A DNA stretch of 64,000 bases, from the IMG/VR virus record IMGVR_UViG_3300042935_001795, positions 1-64,000 of that record, one strand, 5' to 3'. Shown here one piece after another: positions 38,406 to 47,670 of the stretch. The stretch comes from a virus. Position 1 is the first letter of the stretch; each line of letters begins with the position of its first letter. A program made the translations under genes and the position numbers. The notes under the pieces were generated by a model. It was not told the DNA's origin and made no database searches. It saw only the letters and a program-made list of their open reading frames with translations.

Positions 38406-38882
38406 TTATAAGCTTTCTAATTTTTTACTTAAATCAAGTATGTTTGCATTAATTCTTATTTTTTGATTATCAAGGTCAAGAGCTGACATTTTAAGAGTTG
38501 CTATTTGGGCTTGAATTGCAGATTTTGGGTCATCTACTTTTTGGTTTAAGTCATTAACTTTATTTCTAAGTTCTTTTCTTTTTAAGAGTAGATCGGATGC
38601 TTTTAATGAAAGATCAGCTCTTGCATCAGAGTAATTAGATTCTGCAACACCATTATTTCCTTCCATTCCATCATATACAGAGTTTAAGTTTTCTAAAGAA
38701 ACTGTTAATTGAGAAAACATCCAAGACTCTAGTTGTTCTCCTTCTGTCATTCTCTGTTTAATCATGCCTGCATATTCTGCAATTTTTTGAAGTTGACCCA
38801 TAGTCATATCATTTAATTCGGCTAGGGTATCTCGACCCTCTGCTTCATTTAAGAACTCTTCAAATAGGTTAATATGTTTCAT
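38406..38882 (-). CDS. Putative internal virion protein (true start likely MKHINLFEEFLNE at 38882)
   Basis: Capsid-targeting motif; helical module M..GQL..I..YA...LESW similar to one in 28431..29567. Confidence 0.7.
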   Translation of the reverse strand: MKHINLFEEFLNEAEGRDTLAELNDMTMGQLQKIAEYAGMIKQRMTEGEQLESWMFSQLTVSLENLNSVYDGMEGNNGVAESNYSDARADLSLKASDLLLKRKELRNKVNDLNQKVDDPKSAIQAQIATLKMSALDLDNQKIRINANILDLSKKLESL

Positions 38883-38946
38883 AGTGTAAATATAATAAAA
38901 ATACCTGACATGGTAAAACATCAGGTATTATTTATTTAGATTATTT

Positions 38947-41535
38947 TTAAGATTCCTGAGCGATCATTGCATCAATAATATCGAATGAGATATATCCTTT
39001 TGCTTTAACAAATTCTTTTGCAAGTTTAAGGACTTTCTTTTCTCCAGCCGGTGTTACCTCATTATCTGGACCATCTTCATTGTTATCATTCCAATCTTCA
39101 ACGGCAGCTTGTACGTCTTGTTGGATTTGCATACCAGTTGGGTTTTTCGTTTTTTGAGCTCCTTCTTGGTAATCTTCCCAGTAGTTCGCATCAAATCCTT
39201 CAGTAACTACTGATTCTCCTAATGAGCTTGTTAACGTTCCAACACATGCTCCGTAATCATCACCACATTTTTTAAGAATTCCATCAACTACTTCAGTAGC
39301 TTTAGCCTCATCAAAGTCATCTCCAAATGCTTTTTTCAAAACAGCCATTGCGTATTCTTTAAATTCATCATCAGAACTAACTTCAGCTTCATTAACTATT
39401 GATTCAAAAGTAGCTGTAATTCCTTTAATTTTATATTCCTTTGATAATGCTCCTAATTTATTATAAAGTTCATCTAGTTCATATTCAACTAAATGCTTAT
39501 AGCCTTTTTTAATGTTAATGTCTGCATTTCCAGATCTTGCCATATAATCATCTTTACCTTCAGCAACTACAGATTCTTTAGCAGATCCAGCGGCTTTAGC
39601 TCTTTTTGCTTGTAGTTTTTTAAGTTTTTCTGTTTCTTCTTGGCGAGCTTTAAAGGCTTTTAATTTTTTTAATTGTTCAGCTCTACTTGTTTTTTCTGCG
39701 CTTGGATCTTGACCTTCAGTTAAAGATTCTTGAACATTGTTTTCCCACCATGCTTTAAGTGCTTCAAAATCTTTACGACCCATGTTAGAAAGAGTATACT
39801 CTACTATGTCATTATCGTAATCATCTGCTTCATCTTTGAAACCTCCTGGAGTATCGATGTAATCTTTACCCATGATTCTTTTAATTCTAACCTCTGGCAT
39901 ACCATCAATTTCCTCTAAGAACTCTTCAAAGTCTTCAGTTGATTTGAATTTTTCAGCTTCATTAACTACTGATTCAATTAATTCCATATTGTATGCATTT
40001 GAAATATCTGTTTTAATTTCTCCAGTTTCTTTTGAATGCAATTTCATAGTTTTACCATCAGGATTTAATTTAATGAATGTAACTTCACCATAGTCTGATG
40101 TGTATTTGTGGTTTGGCTTCAAGTCTTTTGCTTTACCTTCGTAAACAGTTCCAGCAACTTCTTCAGGTTTGTTAAATTTCTTAACAGATTTTTTAACAGT
40201 ATTTAATTGTCTAACAACAGAATCAATAACTCCAGTATCAATATCGTTTCCAGCAGCAGCGCTGCTATATAAGTTAGTTAAATTTTGAGATGCTAAATAT
40301 AATTCATTTCCAATAACATCTTTTGGTAATCGGTTGAATGCTTCAGAAACTACTAATTCTAAATCTTTATCTTTATCGGCGATTGTTGCATCAAGTTCAG
40401 CTTCTAGGGCTTTCTTCTGAGCAGTCATCTCTTTTAATTTTCCAAGTAACATTTCTTTAGCAGGACCTTCAGCGGCTTTCCAATTTTGTGCGGTAGCCTG
40501 CATTGTAGTTGTCAGTTTAGACCAGTCATATTGAATTTTAGCAATTGTACGAGCCTCATTAACCAAAGATTCATTTTTCTTTTGGCTTGCTTTTAAATCT
40601 GCAAGTTCTCCTTTTAATTTAGGGTCTAATTGTCTTTCAATTCCCCAGTTAAAACTTGCATTTATCAACATATTCAATGGTAAGTTTTCATTTTTCTTAC
40701 CAAACGCAGATGTACTAATCCAGTTTAAATAATGGTCAGCTAATTCTTTTGATAATTTGATACCTTCTGCTTCTGAAGAATCTCCATCAACAATTCCTTT
40801 AAGTAATTTTTTAGCCATTCCATGCTTACCTTCATTTAAAGATTCTTGTATGAAACTAATATCTTTAAGATAAAACTCATGGTCTGAACCATCCTGAGTA
40901 TATCCTATAAAAGAATCACCTTTGTCACCTTTTAATTCTGCAGGGTTAACTGAGTACCAATCGTTTCCAACAAAAACTTCTACAGGTTTTCCACCAATTT
41001 GAGTATAAAGGTCATTTGCAGTTTTACCAGTAAATTTACTTCTTTTAGCCTCTTCAATTTCGTAAGTTTCACCATCAACTTCAAATTCATCTTCGTCATC
41101 TTCTTTTGCTTTTTTAACAGCAGCTCCAAACGCATTACCTTCTTTAAGACCTGTGTCTTTTTTAATGGTTACTTTATATTTTTTACCATTAAATTCAAAC
41201 TCAGATTTTCCATCTTGTTTAGCTTTACCGGCTGCAAATATAAATGCATTTCCCTCTTCTAGTTTTTTAGGTTCTCCTAATTTATTAAGTTCGTCTTCAA
41301 TATCTTCTGCTTCATCTTCTGAAACGTTTCCAAACATTTTGTTAATTAAGGCTTGTTTTTTCTCTTCATCTAATTCAGATAGAGATGTTAAACCCATTTC
41401 ATCAAGGATTGCTCCAATTTTACCAACAGTTTCCTGTCTTTTTGCATTGTTTGTTTCTCTTAGTTTCATCGTAGCTTCCTGATTCTTAACTTCAGTAAAA
41501 CTCTTAAATGTAGAGATTTTGTTAACTTGTGCCAT
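38947..41535 (-). CDS. Large acidic putative internal virion polyprotein
   Basis: ISTFKSFTE N-terminus; many ES-x(1,2)-[NAT]-E linkers; duplicated EGNAF..A..KAK....F module; late promoter at 41569. Confidence 0.7.
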   Translation of the reverse strand: MAQVNKISTFKSFTEVKNQEATMKLRETNNAKRQETVGKIGAILDEMGLTSLSELDEEKKQALINKMFGNVSEDEAEDIEDELNKLGEPKKLEEGNAFIFAAGKAKQDGKSEFEFNGKKYKVTIKKDTGLKEGNAFGAAVKKAKEDDEDEFEVDGETYEIEEAKRSKFTGKTANDLYTQIGGKPVEVFVGNDWYSVNPAELKGDKGDSFIGYTQDGSDHEFYLKDISFIQESLNEGKHGMAKKLLKGIVDGDSSEAEGIKLSKELADHYLNWISTSAFGKKNENLPLNMLINASFNWGIERQLDPKLKGELADLKASQKKNESLVNEARTIAKIQYDWSKLTTTMQATAQNWKAAEGPAKEMLLGKLKEMTAQKKALEAELDATIADKDKDLELVVSEAFNRLPKDVIGNELYLASQNLTNLYSSAAAGNDIDTGVIDSVVRQLNTVKKSVKKFNKPEEVAGTVYEGKAKDLKPNHKYTSDYGEVTFIKLNPDGKTMKLHSKETGEIKTDISNAYNMELIESVVNEAEKFKSTEDFEEFLEEIDGMPEVRIKRIMGKDYIDTPGGFKDEADDYDNDIVEYTLSNMGRKDFEALKAWWENNVQESLTEGQDPSAEKTSRAEQLKKLKAFKARQEETEKLKKLQAKRAKAAGSAKESVVAEGKDDYMARSGNADINIKKGYKHLVEYELDELYNKLGALSKEYKIKGITATFESIVNEAEVSSDDEFKEYAMAVLKKAFGDDFDEAKATEVVDGILKKCGDDYGACVGTLTSSLGESVVTEGFDANYWEDYQEGAQKTKNPTGMQIQQDVQAAVEDWNDNNEDGPDNEVTPAGEKKVLKLAKEFVKAKGYISFDIIDAMIAQES

Positions 41536-41567
41536 TTTTAATATGTTTTTTTATTACGTTATTATGT

Positions 41568-43076
41568 TTATATATCCCCATCAAAATCCACTTTCTTTAC
41601 AGTGTATTCAAATTTCTCTTGTTTGTATATTGATTGTCGCACCTTTCCGTGCTTGTATAAATAATTATCCCATTCAACTGTTCTAATATCATCAACAAAA
41701 TCAACAATTAACACCTTGTCTTTTGAGTGATGTTGTCTCAACCCCCGTCCAATTGATTGTCTAATAATCACTTCTGACTTGAATGATTCTGTGAAAAATA
41801 TGTTGTGGATTTTCTTGATTGAAATACCTGTAGAGAATGTTCCAAAACTTGCAACAATTACAATTTCCTCTCCAGCCTCCATCTTCTTTTTGTATTCCTC
41901 TCGGATTTCTGAGGCCGTACCACCATCAACATAAAATACTCGTTTGTTGCTCTCTTGCCTTAACTTTTCATATAGTCTCTGGCCATGTTCGATTCGATGA
42001 AAAAGTACTAATGAGTTCCTAGGAACTCTTGCAATTACGTTTGAAATAAAATTAAGTCTTGCCTCACTAGTGATTACAAAGTTTTGTTCCAATGAGAACA
42101 CATCTTTATTTTCATATCGGTTTTGGGCTAATTCCATAAAGGCTGTTCGCTGCTTTGGAGTTGCATAGTTCATTTCAATAACCTTAACTACGCATTGCGC
42201 AATATGTCCTTGCTCTTGTAGAAAACTTGCCTTAACCTCACTAATAACAGGTCCGGTTTGGCTCATTAGGGTTAATTTGTCAAGTGTTCCATCTTTTGGA
42301 ATTGTACCTGAAAGTCCAAACCTATATTTGGCATTAACGCACTTGCTCAGGATTTCTTTAATACTTGCTCCTTTTGCCTTGTGAGTTTCATCAACAATAA
42401 CTGCGTCGAACTCTGCAAAATAGGCAGCGTCTTTTTTAATCAATGATTGATAGGTCCCAATAATTATATTTTTGTTCTTTTTAACCTCTTGTCCTGCAAA
42501 TATTTGTTGGATTCTTAGGTCAATTCTATTTTTACAATTATATTCATGGAAATCTTCATGGGCTTGTACAACCAATGAAACATTTGGTACAATAAAAAGA
42601 ATCCGTTGGGCATGTCCTTTTTCAAGCATGTATGCAACGGTCATGAAGCTAATAAGTGTCTTACCTGCTGAAGTTGCAAGTTCTGCTAGACACTTTCTAA
42701 ATTTTAAAATGTTATATGCAGTTTCTATTTGATAATCACGAGGTGTAAACTGTGAACCTTTAAAGAATTCTAGAGCCCATTCCTCAAACTGTTCTGCATT
42801 AATATTGGAGTCAATAAGCCTCTTAATACCCTCGATTTTAAGTTCATATCGGTATTCTTTACATATTGTCATAACATGACGCCAAAGTCCGGCTGGAATC
42901 CATTTATCATCTTTAATATATGATACGTATCCATCCCAAACTCCGCGTTTTACTAGAGGGTGAAACCTCCAGCTTTCTATTCTTTTGGTCAGAGAGATTC
43001 TAATCTGCTCTAACTCAATTTCAGATGCTTCATCAATTCTTAAAAATTGATTGTCATCCGTTAATGTTAAAATCAA
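41568..43076 (-). CDS. uvsW: UvsW-like SF2 helicase (TTG start)
   Basis: WDGY, PRDYQ, ATSAGKT, DETH, GLSGT, QSIGRGLR. Confidence 0.93.
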   Translation of the reverse strand: MILTLTDDNQFLRIDEASEIELEQIRISLTKRIESWRFHPLVKRGVWDGYVSYIKDDKWIPAGLWRHVMTICKEYRYELKIEGIKRLIDSNINAEQFEEWALEFFKGSQFTPRDYQIETAYNILKFRKCLAELATSAGKTLISFMTVAYMLEKGHAQRILFIVPNVSLVVQAHEDFHEYNCKNRIDLRIQQIFAGQEVKKNKNIIIGTYQSLIKKDAAYFAEFDAVIVDETHKAKGASIKEILSKCVNAKYRFGLSGTIPKDGTLDKLTLMSQTGPVISEVKASFLQEQGHIAQCVVKVIEMNYATPKQRTAFMELAQNRYENKDVFSLEQNFVITSEARLNFISNVIARVPRNSLVLFHRIEHGQRLYEKLRQESNKRVFYVDGGTASEIREEYKKKMEAGEEIVIVASFGTFSTGISIKKIHNIFFTESFKSEVIIRQSIGRGLRQHHSKDKVLIVDFVDDIRTVEWDNYLYKHGKVRQSIYKQEKFEYTVKKVDFDGDI

Positions 43077-43092
43077 ATCTCATTTGATATTT

Positions 43093-43521
43093 TTATAAAC
43101 GACTAATGTCCAACCTGTTTTTGATTGCAAAGCCCATGTTGTCGAGTGTTTTAATTGATCCCTCAAAAAAACTTTTTTGAGTCACTAATAACTCAAGGAT
43201 ATTTGTATCGTCTGCGATGTCTGCATCGACGAATTTTTCGCGCATTTTATCGGTGAGTTTATAGTCATAACTATAATACTCAATCCATTTATCTTTATAC
43301 TTTCGGTCTACTACTGATTTTTGGGTTTTGATTCTATTACCCATGGTTGCTAGGTGTTCAACCAATATTTGTCGATAACTAAGTGTGAATGCACTTACAC
43401 TCTCTAAATTGTTACCTAATTTAAGTTCCTCAGTTAGACCTTTTATTTTTTGGGTCCAATCTTCTCTTTGTTTAATTAAGTATTCATCAAGTTGTGTTAT
43501 CTTGTCTTTGACATCTGTCAT
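43093..43521 (-). CDS. uvsY: UvsY-like recombination mediator
   Basis: Helical, KWIEYYS...FVDAD...KTLDNMGFAIKN; adjacent to uvsW as in T4. Confidence 0.7.
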   Translation of the reverse strand: MTDVKDKITQLDEYLIKQREDWTQKIKGLTEELKLGNNLESVSAFTLSYRQILVEHLATMGNRIKTQKSVVDRKYKDKWIEYYSYDYKLTDKMREKFVDADIADDTNILELLVTQKSFFEGSIKTLDNMGFAIKNRLDISRL

Positions 43522-43533
43522 ATACTGTGCTTT

Positions 43534-43752
43534 TTAAAAAAGTGAATTTCCTTTATTGTTTTCCTTAATGAACACTGAACTTTTTAACCGGGACTTTAAC
43601 CTTGGCTTAGTCATTTTAAATTCTTTTTCAGTGTGGGAATATTTTGATGTACTAAAATCTAGCATCATCTTAATATTCTTTCTTTTGTTTTTTTCGTTTT
43701 CAAAATCTTCGAATTCTTGGGCAACCATTTCTAAAAAATCTATTTTTATCAT
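43534..43752 (-). CDS. Hypothetical protein
   Basis: 72-aa ORF coupled to the primase stop (ATGA overlap). Confidence 0.55.
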   Translation of the reverse strand: MIKIDFLEMVAQEFEDFENEKNKRKNIKMMLDFSTSKYSHTEKEFKMTKPRLKSRLKSSVFIKENNKGNSLF

Positions 43753-44873
43753 AGGTAATATGCATCTAGTCGAGAGTTAGTAAAATACTTTTGAATCTGT
43801 GCTAAGCATTTATTTTTTGTTAGCCAAGACGCGATCACCAAATCGTTTAAATCACCTATTTGTTTAGGATATTTATCTCTTTCATCTTTGTTCAATTTTT
43901 GCAAAAAGTCTTCCCAGTCCTTGTCAATTTTTGTATCTTTAAAGAACTTCTCCCATGTAAATATTTGTTTGCCTCTTCGAATTTTCTCCATCATCTTCTT
44001 TTTACCGGTAGTATCGTTATCAAACATATATCGTATTGTAGGTATCTCATCAAATTCAAGGGTTGAACGACCTGCTGTTGCTAATCCAATTGAATTCTGC
44101 ATAAACATTGCATCAATAGGTCCTTCAAACATTGTAACTTCACGTTCAAAGTCAACTGTCATTACTCCAAAAAGGGTTGAAAGTTTCTTAACGCCAATCA
44201 ATTCTTCATCAGTCAGCACAATCTCCCGTTGAATCTCTTGATACATCTTCTCAAGGTCATAAGTTAAATAACGAGAATTAGAACGCTTGTCGATTGAACG
44301 AGTTTGAAAGCCGATAACTTTATCATTTGGTGCTATATTGAGAACCACAATTCTTTTATCTTTAGGCGAATACATAAAACGATTCATCTGTGAAGCCAAT
44401 AATCTATTTTTAAGATAAAAAAATGCAGGGTCTCCTGGTTCGACTTCTTTAAATTTAAACCATTCCATAAGTTCTACTCTTGTAGGAGCCATATCGTAAG
44501 TCAATTTAAAAACATCATGTTCAAGTACTTCAATTTCATTAGTTTCCATTTTATGCTCTTGAATATAGTCAATAACTTGAATAGAATCATCGGTACTTTG
44601 AAATTTTATATGATGGTCTTTTAATAATTGGTATGCATTTGAATGGACGCCGCAGTTAAAACAATGGAATTGTAAGGTGTCCCAGTAGAGATTTCCACGC
44701 TTCTTTTTATGGTCAGTAGTCGAGTCACCACAATAAGGACATGCCATTGTAATTCTACCTGGCATCTCTTTAATCATATGCTTGCTTGGCTCGTGGTGAG
44801 CTTTTACAATTGCTTGTTTTACCAAGCTCCTGATTTTTATCTTTAAATCTTCTGTGATTTTTTGACTCTGCAT
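43749..44873 (-). CDS. gp61: DNA primase (T4 gp61-like)
   Basis: CPYCGDS...HCFNC zinc finger; TOPRIM EGPIDA, FDND, DLND. Confidence 0.92.
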   Translation of the reverse strand: MQSQKITEDLKIKIRSLVKQAIVKAHHEPSKHMIKEMPGRITMACPYCGDSTTDHKKKRGNLYWDTLQFHCFNCGVHSNAYQLLKDHHIKFQSTDDSIQVIDYIQEHKMETNEIEVLEHDVFKLTYDMAPTRVELMEWFKFKEVEPGDPAFFYLKNRLLASQMNRFMYSPKDKRIVVLNIAPNDKVIGFQTRSIDKRSNSRYLTYDLEKMYQEIQREIVLTDEELIGVKKLSTLFGVMTVDFEREVTMFEGPIDAMFMQNSIGLATAGRSTLEFDEIPTIRYMFDNDTTGKKKMMEKIRRGKQIFTWEKFFKDTKIDKDWEDFLQKLNKDERDKYPKQIGDLNDLVIASWLTKNKCLAQIQKYFTNSRLDAYYL

Positions 44874-44885
44874 ACTATTATATAG

Positions 44886-44915
44886 AAAAAAAGGGCTAAG
44901 TTTAATTAGCCCTTT
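44886..44915 (-). terminator. Terminator after ssb, overlapping the primase promoter
   Basis: AAAGGGCTAA/TTAGCCCTTT stem followed by a T run. Confidence 0.75.
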
Positions 44916-44935
44916 AGTTTATAAAATAACTTTGA

Positions 44936-45862
44936 TTAAATATCTAAGTCGTTCAAGAATGAATCTAAGTCATCAGATGAATCTACATTAGTAGAACCTC
45001 CTGGAGTTCCTACCATTTCGGATGGGAATTCAAAGTCGCTAGATTCTGAAGTTGGTTCAGATTTTGCTGGAGCTTTTTTAGCTGCAGGTTTTGAAATAAC
45101 TGAATCTATTGAACTTCCTGGATTTAAGTAATTTCTAAGAATAGAATTAACAAAATCAAGAGTTTCTCCGTCCCATGCTTTGTATTCGTATGGCTCTAGA
45201 CTTGGAGCCGATTCCAATTCTGCTTTAATAGCACCCATTGATTCAGGAGTACGTGTTGCACCTTTACCATCAATTTCAACTGGTGAAGTTTTTGAAGAGA
45301 ATTTTGATTTATCGTAGTTGTTAAATTCTCCTTGTCTTGTGATAATCAATTCGAAGTTTTTACCTGCAAATAGGTCAAATACTTGAGTTGGTTCACCAAA
45401 TGCTGGTTTTAATTCCTCATCAATTTTCTCTTTGATTTTGTAACCAAATTTGAAAACTTTGTATTGTCCTTCTAGTTCAGGATTTTGTGGGTCTTTAATA
45501 ATTTTAATAAGTGCAAAGTATTGCTCACGTCTTTTAAGTTTATCACTCATTTTACGGTCAACTGCTGAGTCACTTTTACGTAACTTAAAGAATACGTCTG
45601 CGATAGGACATGGAGCTCCAATTGTCGATGGAGAATCTACCATTTTACCGTCACCATTAGCATTAGTTAGCCAATGTACGTATTTTTTCACTAAAGAGTT
45701 TCGTGGGTTTGTTGGGTTTGGAACAAAGCGAATCATTGCTTTATAAGTTCCATCCTTACCGTCATCTGCGGTAGGTTTGTAAAGATCGCTTCCAGATGAA
45801 GCTTGTGTTTCGTGTGTGTCGACGTCATTTACGCCAAGATTAAAAATGTCAAAATCTGCCAT
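44936..45862 (-). CDS. gp32: Single-stranded DNA-binding protein (T4 gp32-like)
   Basis: IRFVP, CPI, FKFGYKIKEKI, NYDKSKF, acidic tail DDLDSFLNDL. Confidence 0.92.
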   Translation of the reverse strand: MADFDIFNLGVNDVDTHETQASSGSDLYKPTADDGKDGTYKAMIRFVPNPTNPRNSLVKKYVHWLTNANGDGKMVDSPSTIGAPCPIADVFFKLRKSDSAVDRKMSDKLKRREQYFALIKIIKDPQNPELEGQYKVFKFGYKIKEKIDEELKPAFGEPTQVFDLFAGKNFELIITRQGEFNNYDKSKFSSKTSPVEIDGKGATRTPESMGAIKAELESAPSLEPYEYKAWDGETLDFVNSILRNYLNPGSSIDSVISKPAAKKAPAKSEPTSESSDFEFPSEMVGTPGGSTNVDSSDDLDSFLNDLDI

Positions 45863-46090
45863 GTCTTTAATTGCTTTAATTTAGTTAAACTTTAATTTAA
45901 TAAGTCTTAAGGGCCCTTTAATTACTTATGATAATTATATAGAAACTATCTTTTTTGTTTCAAGAATCTATATGAATTATATATCTTTTTTATTAGGGAA
46001 ACCTGTCCCTGAAGACATAAAGTTACCTTCTTAAAATATTTTTTAAGATTCTTGAAACAAAAACTCATACGTTGAATATAACTAAAGTCT

Positions 46091-46747
46091 TTAAGCCTCC
46101 GGGTAAAATAGAGTCCGGGCTAAGTGGTTCAGAAAATAGGCATCCACCAAATCATCTAAAGGTTTTGGGACTTTTTTAGTCTCTCCGATGTGGGTTTTAC
46201 AGTATTCAAGCAGTGACGAGGATTCAAGCACTGAATCGTTTAAAACGTTATCCAGGAATTTAACCCAAAGTTCATCCTTCTTCATGTTACCCTTACCTGC
46301 ATGTTTCTTAATCGTCGAAGGCGCGATGGTCATCATATCTTGGACTTTAAGCCTCGACATTAACTCCATCTTTAGGATTGCAGCTCCAGCCGCCATATCA
46401 ATAATATTATTAGTTCCACCTGAAGAACCATAAGAGGAACCTTCAAAGGCAATCACAAAAGGTGAATCATCGCCTGCAATTTCAATAATCATATTAATAA
46501 TGTCACTTGCAGTCTGGGTGTGTCGCTGGATTTTAATCATCTCGCTTTTAGAATAGGCCTCGTTATTCGTCCAATCCGGCTGATGAGTAATCCTGGTATC
46601 TTCAAGCAAGTCTAATTCTTGTTGAAGTTTCTGTTCGGCTTTGGTGCCTGTGTTTGGTTTTAAATACCCAATAAAATAGTACTTGTTCTCTGAGAAGATA
46701 CAAATACCTGGTGAATTTAGGGAAAAGTCAATTGTTACGAAATTCAT
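46091..46747 (-). CDS. RuvC-like Holliday junction resolvase/nuclease
   Basis: IDFSLNSPG, AFEG, PSTIKK.AGKGN..K, DDLVDA. Confidence 0.75.
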   Translation of the reverse strand: MNFVTIDFSLNSPGICIFSENKYYFIGYLKPNTGTKAEQKLQQELDLLEDTRITHQPDWTNNEAYSKSEMIKIQRHTQTASDIINMIIEIAGDDSPFVIAFEGSSYGSSGGTNNIIDMAAGAAILKMELMSRLKVQDMMTIAPSTIKKHAGKGNMKKDELWVKFLDNVLNDSVLESSSLLEYCKTHIGETKKVPKPLDDLVDAYFLNHLARTLFYPEA

Positions 46748-47116
46748 TTAGATTTTACTACCAAGAGAAGAACCAAGAGCGGCTCCTACTAGTCTTGAGG
46801 TTAACATATCATACATTATACCACTTTGGATTCCTAAGATATTGGCAATAGTTTTACCAACAGTTTTACCAAGAGCGAAACCTGCAAGTCCACCAAAGAT
46901 ACTACCTAAAATACCTTCATTAGTAATCTCTTCATTGAATGCTTGGATATTATAAGTTCCATCTACGTTTTTATACGTCTTTGAAAATTGCTCTAGGGCT
47001 GAGTCAACTTTAGCTTCAAGTTCTTCGGTCCATTCGGTTTGAAGGGATTCGTTTAAGACCTGTAGTTCTGTCTCCGTTATGTCTTGTTCTGCTATGTAAT
47101 CTAAAAATGTTTTCAT
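46748..47116 (-). CDS. Putative virion protein with capsid-targeting motif and glycine-zipper helices
   Basis: Starts MKTFLDYIAE (T4 IP-like); GILGSIFGGLAGFALG follows an ITNE site. Confidence 0.7.
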   Translation of the reverse strand: MKTFLDYIAEQDITETELQVLNESLQTEWTEELEAKVDSALEQFSKTYKNVDGTYNIQAFNEEITNEGILGSIFGGLAGFALGKTVGKTIANILGIQSGIMYDMLTSRLVGAALGSSLGSKI

Positions 47117-47118
47117 GT

Positions 47119-47670
47119 TTAATCTATTTCTAATATTATATTAAATTTGTTATAGTAAAAATTCAGGTCAAATGTTGTAAATTCTGCAATATTTGAACTC
47201 ATATTAAGTTCTAAATCTGAAATTGAATTAAGTATTGGTTTTTCAAAAACAGCACTCATTAAGTGAATCCCCTCTGCATCCATTATTTGAAGCTTGATAT
47301 CATTGATGAAAGGTTCTTTAACTGTCTTTGAATAATAATACAATAAAGTGTCCTGCATAATCCAGTAATTTATATAACCATCTAAGAGTTGCATTGTTAC
47401 TTTAAACTGTCTATCAATCGTATTCTGGATTGGAATTGAACCTCTGTGATATGTTATTGTACCATCATTTGGCGAAACTTCAATCGGGTCAAAACTAATT
47501 CCTGGAAGACCAACACCTTGTATCGAATAGTTTATAAAATCGATAGGTTCTGTAATTAAATTACCTGGTATTCTATTCAAATACTTCTTATATTTATCAG
47601 CAACCTCTTTAGGAATAAAAGTCCTAGGAAACTTAAAATTGAATAAATTATTTCTACTATTTAATATCAT
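47119..47670 (-). CDS. Tail-tube-fold protein (gp3/gp19-like)
   Basis: SIQGVGLPGISF...Y....IP and SISDLEL....AEFTTFDLNFYY patterns. Confidence 0.55.
   Translation of the reverse strand: MILNSRNNLFNFKFPRTFIPKEVADKYKKYLNRIPGNLITEPIDFINYSIQGVGLPGISFDPIEVSPNDGTITYHRGSIPIQNTIDRQFKVTMQLLDGYINYWIMQDTLLYYYSKTVKEPFINDIKLQIMDAEGIHLMSAVFEKPILNSISDLELNMSSNIAEFTTFDLNFYYNKFNIILEID

Noticed and set aside
43054-43083. Out-of-frame ATG mini-ORF overlapping the uvsW TTG start, suggesting a frameshift
   Set aside because: The TTG start gives a complete UvsW N-terminus, and there is no evidence of a missing upstream domain.
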